From the IMG/VR virus record IMGVR_UViG_3300045988_132725: 64,000 nt of DNA; one strand, given 5' to 3'. Below the pieces are notes generated by a model. It worked only from the letters and a program-made list of their open reading frames with translations. It was not told the DNA's origin and ran no database searches. A program made the position numbers and the translations under genes. This DNA is from a virus. Positions 8,401 to 16,161 of the stretch are shown piece by piece. Each line of letters starts with the position of its first letter. Within the stretch, counting starts at the first letter, position 1.

Positions 8401-8793
8401 GACCTTGTTTACCTTTTTCATTCCTTGCTCATGAATGGCTATCACCTTGGCGGTCTTTCCATCTGGGGTTGACACTACTGTTCCTATCTTAACGTCACCC
8501 ATCGTTATCCATCCTTCCGGCGTAAGTATCTTGGCTGAATAAGGTTGTGCCTTGCCTCCTCCAGCCGCTCCTCCTCCGAGAATCATCTGGGGGATGTTCC
8601 TATTACCACATGATGAGCATTCAGGAACATACTGTTTATTCCCATGATCGTCTGTTCCTATATATACGTTCTTTATTTCTCCACCGCATATATGACATTC
8701 TGGCTGTAACGCTTTCCATAGCTCGAATTGTTTTGGCGAAGGGGAGAAATTGATTTTTAAGTCCTTGGGAGGGACTAAAGTTTTGTATCCCAT
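5485..8793 (-). CDS. terL: Terminase large subunit precursor with two inteins (mature about 527 aa)
   Basis: Walker A GGGAAGGGK|...|SYIGSAW is interrupted. Walker B is LVFVDEASE. Nuclease motif EKYGH|...|CTDVADY is interrupted. An N-terminal CxxC...CxxC zinc ribbon is present. Confidence 0.9.
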   Translation of the reverse strand: MGYKTLVPPKDLKINFSPSPKQFELWKALQPECHICGGEIKNVYIGTDDHGNKQYVPECSSCGNRNIPQMILGGGAAGGGKAQPYSAKILTPEGWITMGDVKIGTVVSTPDGKTAKVIAIHEQGMKKVNKVITSDGCSTECCDDHLWKVYYKKRDRAWVRGGFDERIMDTATIRKRLRNGNLAFLPVVTEQEFGDKFDNYMTAYSWGYYIRNIMPDPNNFKRSNRTEIPQELVISSLEDRKNFLRGLLKEVIIRSTGKYEFMSRSEKFANQLQDILRSIGAIATVVKSKGKGRIIKYFVRFSFDPRINKMTKPTTTPAHRRYIRSVIELDEHKECRCITLDSDDQLYITDDFLVTHNSYIGSAWLVSSCMRFPNIRAVVARKTIKSLKESTFVTIKKVMKEWGLKEDENFCINNIEGTITFWNESVIMMKEMADLPADLDFSRFGSMEATLVFVDEASEISERAADVMFSRIRWKTSETFKTPKMFLSCNPAACWLRDRFVQDNDGNPVKCRDGEVFIRFSIFDNPDESFRQIYESSLNKIKDNATRERLLYGNWDFVEANEMALYKSFSGDKHLIQSLKENIYDPMKPLILGFDFNVFPHMTCEAVQIDWENKNVYFLEEFLGRPEEKLNNTPKFAQYVKDKLLESKHIGGVVLTGDPAGLARNTQTEDGVNNFTIIQSCMNNTILRPKQNILAKQPPQKNRVDWINELFDGLDGWNIYIDLRCRKLTEDLVYQIRNEDGTKNKQKVTDPKTKVRYEKYGHCFAAGTMITTKKGKIPIENVNVGDYVLTREGYKKVTFSGVTGKNVMVKDYSIGDTNITCTPDHPFYTIEDGFTEIDKITQKTFIVCEKAEKPSYMMDTNFIDTNKPNKSLTEDIIEGGSISMRKSQKHTFIDMFGKNIMEVSQRGSISTILMGIFPIMTYRTLNAKKDQLIYQIIKFINRKGLKKSLLKPFLKTAIRHQNGTNRKKEENGIENMLKKHYSEKKEQLYVKGVERSLLQDVRLKSNIVQEDVRTESTQEYYIKEKKKLFVRKSNERIIDKVYDITVEDLHEFFANGILVHNCTDVADYVLCTFLSKSWLKYQRGGQSGTVLTTSTIKPQFSY
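5611..6507 (-). mobile_element. Intein 2 of TerL (class 1; Cys1 ... HN / +1 Cys), 299 codons
   Basis: CFAAGTMITTKKGKIPIENVNVGDYVL (block A), TPDHPF (block B), VYDITVEDLHEFFANGILVHN|C (blocks F/G). Codon positions were checked against the nucleotides (TGT at 6505-6507, AAT at 5611-5613). Confidence 0.85.
5690..6253 (-). CDS. HNH homing endonuclease (187 aa) encoded inside intein 2 in a different reading frame
   Basis: LHRYVWEKYNGSIPKGFHIHHIDGNFSNNDISNLE...HLSDH is an HNH motif. C-terminal CEGCGKEF...YCSRRC is a zinc ribbon. The ORF has its own ATG and is offset by 2 nt from the terL frame. Confidence 0.85.
   Translation of the reverse strand: MREGRETIIYDGYKFHRYKQAKQESDRRYYRGWVDINEKITKTYLHRYVWEKYNGSIPKGFHIHHIDGNFSNNDISNLECKERSTHLSDHQIHKSERLKEIAIKTLLENSYKASEWHKSEEGRKWHREHAQKALFGEERTIICEGCGKEFTTRCKIKVKYCSRRCKNRINARILYQRKKETLCKEIK
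7723..8550 (-). mobile_element. Intein 1 of TerL in the Walker A P-loop, 276 codons, class-3-like (Ala1, W-C-T) with a degenerate LAGLIDADG-like centre
   Basis: GGGK|AQPYSAKILTPEGWITMGDV..., block B CDDHLW, block F ECRCITLDSDDQLYITDDFLVTHN|S. NFLRGLLKEVIIRSTGKYEF...ANQLQDILRSIG resembles a decayed dodecapeptide endonuclease. Confidence 0.75.
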
Positions 8794-8837
8794 TTGTATC
8801 GTGTTTTGGTTTTTATTAAGAATAGTCTATTAACGAC

Positions 8838-8858
8838 AAAGGGGCTTAACGCCCCTTT
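8838..8858. terminator. Hairpin between the 80-aa gene and terL (possible terminator or attenuator)
   Basis: AAAGGGGC / GCCCCTTT 8-bp stem with a 5-nt loop. Confidence 0.4.
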
Positions 8859-8862
8859 AACT

Positions 8863-9105
8863 CTATACTATCATCCCTTCGTATTTCTCGATTTGAGTTT
8901 GAATATCACGATCGATCACGGATAACTTGTCTCTCTCGATCTGGAGTTTGGTAATTTGTTGTTGGTTTTTCTCCGAGGCAACTGAAAGACGCTTTCGGAT
9001 CTTTTCTAGTTTGGTTATCAACTTGATGAATACGTTGTTTACCGAATTAAGGTCGGAGGTCAGAGTTGTTGAGTTTACCCTCCAAAACAATACTTTTTCT
9101 AACAT
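8863..9105 (-). CDS. Small coiled-coil protein (80 aa)
   Basis: ORF adjacent to the lysis genes with charged heptad-like sequence. Confidence 0.45.
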   Translation of the reverse strand: MLEKVLFWRVNSTTLTSDLNSVNNVFIKLITKLEKIRKRLSVASEKNQQQITKLQIERDKLSVIDRDIQTQIEKYEGMIV

Positions 9106-9111
9106 ACTTCT

Positions 9112-9705
9112 TTATTTTTTACTGATTTCTATAAATTCTGAATAATTGATTTTTACATATGGGTTATCTGAGATGATTACTTGATTGATCCCTTTAATCC
9201 CCCACCTAAACCAAAGGAACTTGTGTTTTGGCTCTATGTATACAAACTGCTTCAGCCATACATTCAGTGACATATATCCTTTCAACGTGTTATTTTCGAT
9301 TGTAGCATCTATGCTTACGTATTTATTGGATAACTTGATCGATGGAACCTTGATAAGCGAGTCTCTGTAAATGATGCTATCTCTTACGGGCACATCGATA
9401 GGTACATCTATCGACACTTGATGTTGGAGGGAAGCCTTCAGCCTTTTTATGTTTATTCCTAGATCTCTTATGATTTTCGTGTCTTCCTCCCTGTACTTCT
9501 TGTATTCCTCTATGGTCAACTGTAATCTTGAGGTCTCTGTTGCGCTTCTTGTTGAGTCTAGTTTGTATTGGCGTATATCAGCCAAGAGAGTCTCGGTGTT
9601 TTGCTGGTATTTATCCCTAGACTCGATTAATTTGCCTCGATCGGTAAAAAGCCAAATATTTAGTATGGTGCTGATAAATATTCCTAGCACTAAAAGTCTA
9701 TTCAT
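9112..9705 (-). CDS. Membrane-anchored coiled-coil protein, spanin-like lysis accessory candidate
   Basis: N-terminal transmembrane segment LLVLGIFISTILNIWLF is followed by a coiled coil. The gene lies in the lysis cluster. Confidence 0.45.
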   Translation of the reverse strand: MNRLLVLGIFISTILNIWLFTDRGKLIESRDKYQQNTETLLADIRQYKLDSTRSATETSRLQLTIEEYKKYREEDTKIIRDLGINIKRLKASLQHQVSIDVPIDVPVRDSIIYRDSLIKVPSIKLSNKYVSIDATIENNTLKGYMSLNVWLKQFVYIEPKHKFLWFRWGIKGINQVIISDNPYVKINYSEFIEISKK

Positions 9706-10201
9706 GATCTTTGGTTAAGACTAACATCCAGTCATTGCTTAACATGTCGGTCTGTGACGCTAACCAACCGTTGCATATAGAACCATCCGCGCATTTCATG
9801 CAAATATAGGCTCCAAACTTTACTGATTCCGTATTTGGGTTTTCGAGAACCTTATCCTTGAATGCGTCTGGTAATGACTTGGCCTTTACGATTGTTTCCA
9901 GTGGAAGAGTATCCTCTGGTCTAATAAATAGGTACATGCCTTTGCCATTCCATCCTTTTCTTGTAACCAAGCATCCCTTCTTCAGATACTCTATCGCATC
10001 CCCGAAAGTCATTTGCCCCATGATACCCCTATATCTCTTTTTAAACTCATACTCACAGATCCATTCCATTACCCCATCATCATCGGTTATTTTGTATCCG
10101 TTAATATTCTCAAGATCCTCACATCCTTCATATCCTTGGGATATTTGGTATTCATACGCTGTCATTGGAACAGCTTTTACAATTTGTGTTGTTATATACA
10201 T
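9698..10201 (-). CDS. DUF2829-domain protein (Tad2-like candidate anti-Thoeris sponge) with an N-terminal phage-typical extension
   Basis: MTFGDAIEYLKKGCLVTRKGWNGKGMYLFI....GWLASQTDMLSNDWMLV matches the remembered DUF2829 signature (FGEAL.ALK.GK.V.R.GWNGKG...W..SQTD(L/M)LA.DW). Confidence 0.7.
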   Translation of the reverse strand: MYITTQIVKAVPMTAYEYQISQGYEGCEDLENINGYKITDDDGVMEWICEYEFKKRYRGIMGQMTFGDAIEYLKKGCLVTRKGWNGKGMYLFIRPEDTLPLETIVKAKSLPDAFKDKVLENPNTESVKFGAYICMKCADGSICNGWLASQTDMLSNDWMLVLTKDHE

Positions 10202-10204
10202 ATT

Positions 10205-10417
10205 CTATTGATTATTTGGTTTAACGTACTGAATATCGATGAACCACTCTTGCTCGAACTCTTCCCCTAAGCCGACAACTCTCACGATATAACCCCTAGA
10301 CTTGCGTGCCGGGCTGTTTAATACTTGGGTTATAATCCCCAATCTTCCAGACAGAAAATTCAAATCCTTATCCGGGATCTCATCGATGATTACCACATCA
10401 TTTACTTTTAAATCCAT
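10205..10417 (-). CDS. Hypothetical 70-aa protein
   Basis: ORF tightly packed between neighbouring genes. Confidence 0.45.
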   Translation of the reverse strand: MDLKVNDVVIIDEIPDKDLNFLSGRLGIITQVLNSPARKSRGYIVRVVGLGEEFEQEWFIDIQYVKPNNQ

Positions 10418-10997
10418 TCCTTGTTATTTTTGTTTTATTGAAAAATTGTTTGTACTCTTTTATCCTTCTATTTCTGATTGAGGGAACTATCTTACCATTG
10501 ACCTTGCAAAAGCTGACATAGTTCTCATAGATCGATCTGTTACCGGATCTTATCTTTTTGATCATTTCCGATCTTCTGACATTCCCTTCTCCCACGTTAT
10601 AAGCCAGTATCCCTAGAAGCAAGGAGTCCTTTCCGAATTCCTTGAATACCGAGCATTTTTGTTTGAGATCTTTTATCACAAGTTCCCTTGCGAAAGAGTG
10701 GGAAATATTATGATTGAATCTATCCTCCTTGGTTAGTTTGTGGCCATATCCCACAAAAGGGTGATGATCCTTACCATGCCATCCCTCATGATTGATGATG
10801 AACTCTACGGCATGGTTGAATAGATCATTCTCAGTATAATAATGTATATGATTGTATTCGCTTTTTGAACTTGATATGGATAATGATAATAATAATACAG
10901 CGAATAAAAAACGGTGTATTATGCTATTAAGTATTAATATTATTGATAATATATAAATAGGGTGAGCGTAGATTTTGCTCTCATTAGAATAATGCAA
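10398..10997 (-). CDS. Endolysin (lysozyme-like, GH24-type motif) with an N-terminal hydrophobic signal/anchor
   Basis: FIINHEGWHGKDHHPFVGYGHKL fits the EG...(T/V)GYGH lysozyme motif. The hydrophobic stretch is IYILSIILILNSII..FAVLLLSLSISS. There is no in-frame ATG before the catalytic domain and the ORF opens with TTG at 10997, so the start is uncertain. Confidence 0.65.
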   Translation of the reverse strand: MHYSNESKIYAHPIYILSIILILNSIIHRFLFAVLLLSLSISSSKSEYNHIHYYTENDLFNHAVEFIINHEGWHGKDHHPFVGYGHKLTKEDRFNHNISHSFARELVIKDLKQKCSVFKEFGKDSLLLGILAYNVGEGNVRRSEMIKKIRSGNRSIYENYVSFCKVNGKIVPSIRNRRIKEYKQFFNKTKITRNGFKSK

Positions 10998-11048
10998 AAG
11001 TATAAAATAAAAAAAGAACTACCAAATATTGATAGCTCTTTTTATGAA

Positions 11049-11420
11049 TTAATTTTCCCTTAATATGGATTTAATATCTGATCTTATTTCTTTGATATCG
11101 TCTCGTATCGCTGTTACTTGGATCATGGTCGCCTCGAAGACTGATTTATCCAGTTTAATGGCATCTATCTTTTTATATTGATCATCCACTTTTATCTCCA
11201 ATGTCTTATACCTATGATCTAATTCTTGAAGCTTATTCATGTTCTCAATATGCTGGATATATAGCGTTATAAGAAAACATATGATAGTTATAACCAGACG
11301 AAGGTTATTCATGATTAAATTTTTCATGTAGACATAATAATTGTAGGAGTTGTTGATATAATGATTTGCATGGCTTCTGAAAAAGCTTTTACTAGGGGGA
11401 TCGCTATCTCTGAGTTCCAT
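11049..11420 (-). CDS. Membrane-anchored coiled-coil protein (holin/lysis-regulator candidate); the likely start is the internal ATG at 11327
   Basis: From MKNLIMNNLRLVITIICFLITLYI there is one transmembrane segment followed by a coiled coil. The gene is next to the endolysin. Confidence 0.4.
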   Translation of the reverse strand: MELRDSDPPSKSFFRSHANHYINNSYNYYVYMKNLIMNNLRLVITIICFLITLYIQHIENMNKLQELDHRYKTLEIKVDDQYKKIDAIKLDKSVFEATMIQVTAIRDDIKEIRSDIKSILREN

Positions 11421-11489
11421 ATGCCATAGATTATTAAAAGTACGACTATTAATATATATAGACCTCGTTCGGTTTGCTTAGGGGTTGGT

Positions 11490-12038
11490 TTATACATTCT
11501 TGTTTGGTACTATTACGTTAAAGGTTACGTTATTCTCTCCATTAATTGTCACGCCAGTCTCGCCTCCAGCCTTGAATCCATATATATCCGCTATAGCTTT
11601 AGCTGCGTTAACTGACACCGCCCGTAATGGGGCAGGGGATAGGGATACGCCCCATTTGTCTTTATATTTCGCTTCCCTAGTCTCATCCATGATAGCGAAC
11701 AATGTCTCAAGCACCCTTACTTTTGCGTAGGACTCATTCTCCATCTTGTTTGTCATGATATCCTTGATTCTGGACGTTACGGTTGGGGAGGTCAACAATT
11801 TATTGGATTCGATCATCAACTTGTTATTCTCTTTGTCTCCAAATACTTGCTTGTATGTCTCTACTTGGTTTCCTGCGAATCTTTTCCCTCCGTTACAGAA
11901 TAGTTGACAGAACAACTCCTCTTTCTCTGTTAACATGGCTTGCGGGGGCATAGGAGCGAACTCAGATTTTATTTGTTGTTGCAATACCTTATTGCCTTGA
12001 ATGGTAGGTATTCGTATCGTTTCTCTATTATTGCTCAT
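11490..12038 (-). CDS. terS: Terminase small subunit
   Basis: LTEKEELFCQLFCNGGKRFAGNQVETYKQVF matches the LT.ke..Fc..Y...g.na..A motif of Terminase_2-type small subunits. Confidence 0.7.
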   Translation of the reverse strand: MSNNRETIRIPTIQGNKVLQQQIKSEFAPMPPQAMLTEKEELFCQLFCNGGKRFAGNQVETYKQVFGDKENNKLMIESNKLLTSPTVTSRIKDIMTNKMENESYAKVRVLETLFAIMDETREAKYKDKWGVSLSPAPLRAVSVNAAKAIADIYGFKAGGETGVTINGENNVTFNVIVPNKNV

Positions 12039-12119
12039 TCTTTTAAGTTTTGGTTTTATTAATATAAAAAGGGAGATAGCTGCTATGTTACCTCCCTTTA
12101 AAAAGAATAGAAATATATA

Positions 12120-12362
12120 CTATTTATTGTTTTTGTTCTTCTGGCTCTCTATAAGCAATTGCTCGCATAAAGCCTTGAAAAACACGTTTGATAGAGCCGC
12201 ACAAGCGTTCTCAGCGTCCTCCAGAGAATTGATCTTGTCCAGATTGAACCTCGTATTGAGGTCGTACCCTGATATCTCCACCAGCATCTCTTCATTATCA
12301 CCCGATACCCCATAGCACATCTTGTCCGAATGCGCTTTAAATGTCACTTGTTCTTCTATCAT
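12120..12362 (-). CDS. Hypothetical 80-aa protein
   Basis: ORF overlaps the upstream gene end by 4 nt. Confidence 0.45.
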   Translation of the reverse strand: MIEEQVTFKAHSDKMCYGVSGDNEEMLVEISGYDLNTRFNLDKINSLEDAENACAALSNVFFKALCEQLLIESQKNKNNK

Positions 12363-13132
12363 ATCTTAAAATGTACCCTTGTTTTTTCCGCTTGCTTAAT
12401 CAATCCTGAATCATCTCCCACTGACCCACATCTCATCCTGTTAGAGAATATAGTAAACAATCCATTGGTAGCCTCGACATCAGCCATGGAGGAATGAGCG
12501 TCAACCAATTCGATCCCCATTATCTCTGTCAAGCTTCCCAGTTTATAGGTCGTAACCTCCGGATCATCGGCAAATGCCATCCTGCTAAGAGTCATGGTGT
12601 CTATCATCTGAGGGTGGAAGTTACCAAAAATATCCTCAGTACCATTGAATACGTCAGAAAACTCTTTCATCTTTCCGGTATAGATAAAAAAATGAAAGAG
12701 GAAATTCAAGTCAAACGGTATATTATGACCTACTAGGATAGGCTTGTAAACCTTTGATGTTCCTAACGTGCATTTCTTGATAAAACTAATGAAGCTATCA
12801 GCTACCTCATTTATATCCTTCCCATTCTTATTTAAAAAATCGACTGACAACCCGGTTACTTTCAATGCTTGTGGGTTATACTCGAAATAGGCGCTTTCCT
12901 CTTTCTCGATCTCTCTTTTCTTTCTAAGAGTTTTGTTGGTATTGATATGGAAGTCTCCTTTAGGGTATGGTTTTATATACTCATCGAACACGCCGATTAT
13001 CTCATAGGTATCCAATCTCACCATCTGGCAGGAGAGTTGGGTAATGGCGCATTTACTTGCGTCTAACCCGCCTGTTTCCGTATCTAGTACACATGCGGTG
13101 TATATCTGCTGTTTGTTCTTCGCTGTTGCCAT
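12359..13132 (-). CDS. DnaQ-like DEDDh 3'-5' exonuclease
   Basis: Exo I is VLDTETGGL, Exo II is ILVGHNIPFDLNFL and Exo III is HSSMADVEAT. Confidence 0.8.
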   Translation of the reverse strand: MATAKNKQQIYTACVLDTETGGLDASKCAITQLSCQMVRLDTYEIIGVFDEYIKPYPKGDFHINTNKTLRKKREIEKEESAYFEYNPQALKVTGLSVDFLNKNGKDINEVADSFISFIKKCTLGTSKVYKPILVGHNIPFDLNFLFHFFIYTGKMKEFSDVFNGTEDIFGNFHPQMIDTMTLSRMAFADDPEVTTYKLGSLTEIMGIELVDAHSSMADVEATNGLFTIFSNRMRCGSVGDDSGLIKQAEKTRVHFKI

Positions 13133-13676
13133 CTATCTCGTAATATTTTTGGTTGTTTTTGTTTGACATAACCTTGATGATATTCTCCTCGAAATCACCA
13201 AGGGTTCCATTATTATCTATAATCACATCGTAATATTCCGGTGGAAGAGTATATCTTTTCTTGTCCCTATGCAGACGCTCTATGCTAACGCCACTTAGCT
13301 TTCTGTTCTCCAGACTTCTTTCCACATAGATAGCGATAATGGTGTACAAATGTGAGAAGTGAAGGGTTATATATTCTAACCCGACTTCATCTATCACATA
13401 AGAACAGATCGGTTTATCTTTGATATCGCTGTGAAGGGCGCAATACTCATGATCTCCATATTTGGTGTACGCCAATATATTATCCGCTTTTTTTTCTTTC
13501 TCTAGAACTTGTTTTGATACGAATTTGTGGTCTATGCCGTCTACTTCGTTTCGTCTCTTGGGTCTCGTTGTCATTGATACTACCATGGGTATTCCGAAAC
13601 CCTCATATAAAAATTTACTCATATGTGTCTTGCCGCTTCCGGACGCTCCGACAATACAGATGACAATTGGTTTCAT
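13053..13676 (-). CDS. Guanylate-kinase-like deoxynucleoside monophosphate kinase
   Basis: P-loop IVGASGSGKTH and TTRPKRRNEVDGIDHKFVS (TTR..R..E.dG.dY.F). The last ~27 codons overlap the exonuclease gene. Confidence 0.75.
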   Translation of the reverse strand: MKPIVICIVGASGSGKTHMSKFLYEGFGIPMVVSMTTRPKRRNEVDGIDHKFVSKQVLEKEKKADNILAYTKYGDHEYCALHSDIKDKPICSYVIDEVGLEYITLHFSHLYTIIAIYVERSLENRKLSGVSIERLHRDKKRYTLPPEYYDVIIDNNGTLGDFEENIIKVMSNKNNQKYYEIDGNSEEQTADIHRMCTRYGNRRVRRK

Positions 13677-13990
13677 TCGTTAAGCACTGAAAAGCTTACT
13701 GTATCACCCGATATCTTGTTTTTCAACGTAACCATTACCGTGTAATCTTGATAGATATGCTGGAGGCTTGCGTTCACGATTTTTGCAGCGTCCTCACTTT
13801 GGTTAAAGGCTCTTCTTACTCGGTCTTTAGCTACAACGTCCTCTTCTTCACGACTTAAGGTTAATCTGTACGTTGACTGAGAATCAACGCTGTACTTGTA
13901 GGGGTTATTATATAAATCATACCCCCTCATGCTTAACACGACTAATAGATCATCCTCGGACAATCTCATTCTTCTCTTGTTTTTCGACAT
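13673..13990 (-). CDS. Hypothetical 105-aa protein
   Basis: ORF with 4-nt overlaps typical of an operon. Confidence 0.45.
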   Translation of the reverse strand: MSKNKRRMRLSEDDLLVVLSMRGYDLYNNPYKYSVDSQSTYRLTLSREEEDVVAKDRVRRAFNQSEDAAKIVNASLQHIYQDYTVMVTLKNKISGDTVSFSVLNE

Positions 13991-13993
13991 ACT

Positions 13994-16030
13994 TTAAATA
14001 ATTTCTAAAATTGAACCTTTGTAATCTTGTAATCCGTTTTGATTGGAGAAATTACTCCATTTTACCATACAACTCATAAGAAGGATGTGGTCCTTTGCGT
14101 TTATAAGTTGTGACTTCATTGTCTCATAGTTTTCTGGCCATACTATCAGCTCTATTGTCTCCGTGTTCTGTTGGAGCGTCAGTACACCGAAGTTCTTTTT
14201 CTTCTTTTCTTTATCCTCGAAACTCTTTTCCTTGAATTCTACTACCGTTGCGCAAATAGCCGCTTTCTTACCGTCCATATCGGGCTGGAAGCAACGTCCG
14301 ATATCCTTATAACTCGCTCCCCTTAGCTTTGTCTTGAACTCAGAGTTATCGAATACCCTTCTATAGTCAACACTACCTATACCACTGATAGAGATTTGTA
14401 ACATTGACCAGAAATAATGTTGCGATATCTTTTCTGGTGGAAAATCTGTCTCCGAGACCTCGAATCCTAGTATACCAGCCGCTTTCTCCAAGGCAGCGTA
14501 TCGTTCCAGCACCGATAAAATCCCCTCTACCTTGTCAAAGCAACCCGCTAGGATCAAGTTCTTGATTTGTCGTGAGTTTACCGGGCACCTCTCTTCTCCG
14601 GGTAGCTTCAATAGTTTTTTCCGGAAAATACGTTTGCAGAAATCCTCGATGGAAGAGTACGGACCGTTCTTCTCTCTCTCATTGACTATCAAGTTTACGC
14701 TTTCTGTCCCGACAAACTTGATCCTTGATAATGACCAATAGATCTCGTTTTTCTTGTAATCGGTCTCAAATTCCACCCCGGAAACGTTGATATCTGGATG
14801 AACGATCTTACAGGATGAAGCTTGCTCCATCTCGGCCATCAATGAGGAAATGTTCTCATCTTTGGCGTATTCCAGAGCTACAGTATAAAATGCTGTTGGG
14901 TAATTGGCTTTATACCATGCTCCTAGATAGGCTGTAAGAGCGTATGCTGTAGAATGCGATTTATTGAATAGATAGCTTCCTCCAGATTCTATCATGTGCC
15001 ATAAAGCCTCAATATCCTCTTTGGGGCAACCCTTATTTTTTGCTCCTTCGATAAACTTACCTTTCATGGCTAAAATCTTATCTACTTTTTTCTTGCTAAT
15101 AAATTTGACAAGATGTACACCTTCTGCTAATGAAAAACCTCCAATATCTTGAGCTATTTGACACAATTGCTCTTGATATACAAGTAAAGAGAATGTTTCT
15201 TTCATAATTTCGTAAGTTCCCCATAAATAAGCAGGTTCCTTTTCTCTGTTTTTATAGGCTACATAATTCTCGGTTGACTTTGATTCGATGGTTGCTGGAC
15301 GGAACAAAGCATTAGCTGCTATAAGATCATGAATACAGGTTGGCTTCATCTCCATCACGAACTTGGTCATTCCAGCCGATCCGAACTGGAAGATGTTCTG
15401 CGTAAAACCATTGGTGAATAACTTGTAAGCTTTCTCATCCTCCAGCTTGTTTGTGATAATATCCAGAAATGTCGTAGGATCACCATATTCCTTAACAACC
15501 AAATCTCGTGTCTTCTGAAACTTGGTTAACTCCTTGATACCAAGACAGTCATTTTTAAGAAGCCCGATGTCATCAATCGAATACCCATCGATCTCGGATA
15601 CCAGTATGTCATCGATCTTCTTGATCGGGAGATAATCGAAGCATTCCATCTTCTTGCCATCCTTTGTCTCTGGCGTGATGATGATAGCTGAGGCGTGAAT
15701 GGAAGAGGAGCGAGGTTGTCCCATCAATGTCCTGATATCCTCTATGACTTGCGGATAATTCATGATAAATTCCTTGACCCTCTTGTTCGTATAGGCTAGC
15801 TGGAACAACCCGGTGTAGTCCATGGAATCATCATCAATGATCTTGTTGATGTAATTCACCTCGTACACGGGTACGTTATGAATCCTCGCCACATCTTTCA
15901 ACACGGCTTTCAATTTCATTGTCGTGAAGGTTCCAGCGCTGAATACACGCTGGAGACCGTTCTTATTATATCTGCGTTCAAGGTATTCCTTCACTTCCTG
16001 CCTACGGTCGGACTGGTAATCGATGTCCAC
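13994..16030 (-). CDS. dnaE: DNA polymerase III alpha (DnaE-type, C-family) C-terminal half: catalytic Asp motif, fingers, thumb, OB region
   Basis: Starts at GTG with (M)DIDYQSDRRQEVKEYLERRY...SAGTFTTMKLKAVLKDVARI, matching PDIDIDF..RR.EVI.Y....YG......I.TFGT...K.A.RDV.R. Further motifs are LLKNDCLGIKELT and FNKSHS.AYA. Confidence 0.85.
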   Translation of the reverse strand: MDIDYQSDRRQEVKEYLERRYNKNGLQRVFSAGTFTTMKLKAVLKDVARIHNVPVYEVNYINKIIDDDSMDYTGLFQLAYTNKRVKEFIMNYPQVIEDIRTLMGQPRSSSIHASAIIITPETKDGKKMECFDYLPIKKIDDILVSEIDGYSIDDIGLLKNDCLGIKELTKFQKTRDLVVKEYGDPTTFLDIITNKLEDEKAYKLFTNGFTQNIFQFGSAGMTKFVMEMKPTCIHDLIAANALFRPATIESKSTENYVAYKNREKEPAYLWGTYEIMKETFSLLVYQEQLCQIAQDIGGFSLAEGVHLVKFISKKKVDKILAMKGKFIEGAKNKGCPKEDIEALWHMIESGGSYLFNKSHSTAYALTAYLGAWYKANYPTAFYTVALEYAKDENISSLMAEMEQASSCKIVHPDINVSGVEFETDYKKNEIYWSLSRIKFVGTESVNLIVNEREKNGPYSSIEDFCKRIFRKKLLKLPGEERCPVNSRQIKNLILAGCFDKVEGILSVLERYAALEKAAGILGFEVSETDFPPEKISQHYFWSMLQISISGIGSVDYRRVFDNSEFKTKLRGASYKDIGRCFQPDMDGKKAAICATVVEFKEKSFEDKEKKKKNFGVLTLQQNTETIELIVWPENYETMKSQLINAKDHILLMSCMVKWSNFSNQNGLQDYKGSILEII

Positions 16031-16161
16031 CGTCAGACATCGGGGAGTGAACCTGACTCCCCTTGCCGATAACCTCTGCCAATGTTACAATCGATAACTG
16101 ATCTTGCCGTGGATATTTTCTTAATTACTATATTATTAATTCTCATTTTAGCTGTAATTTA

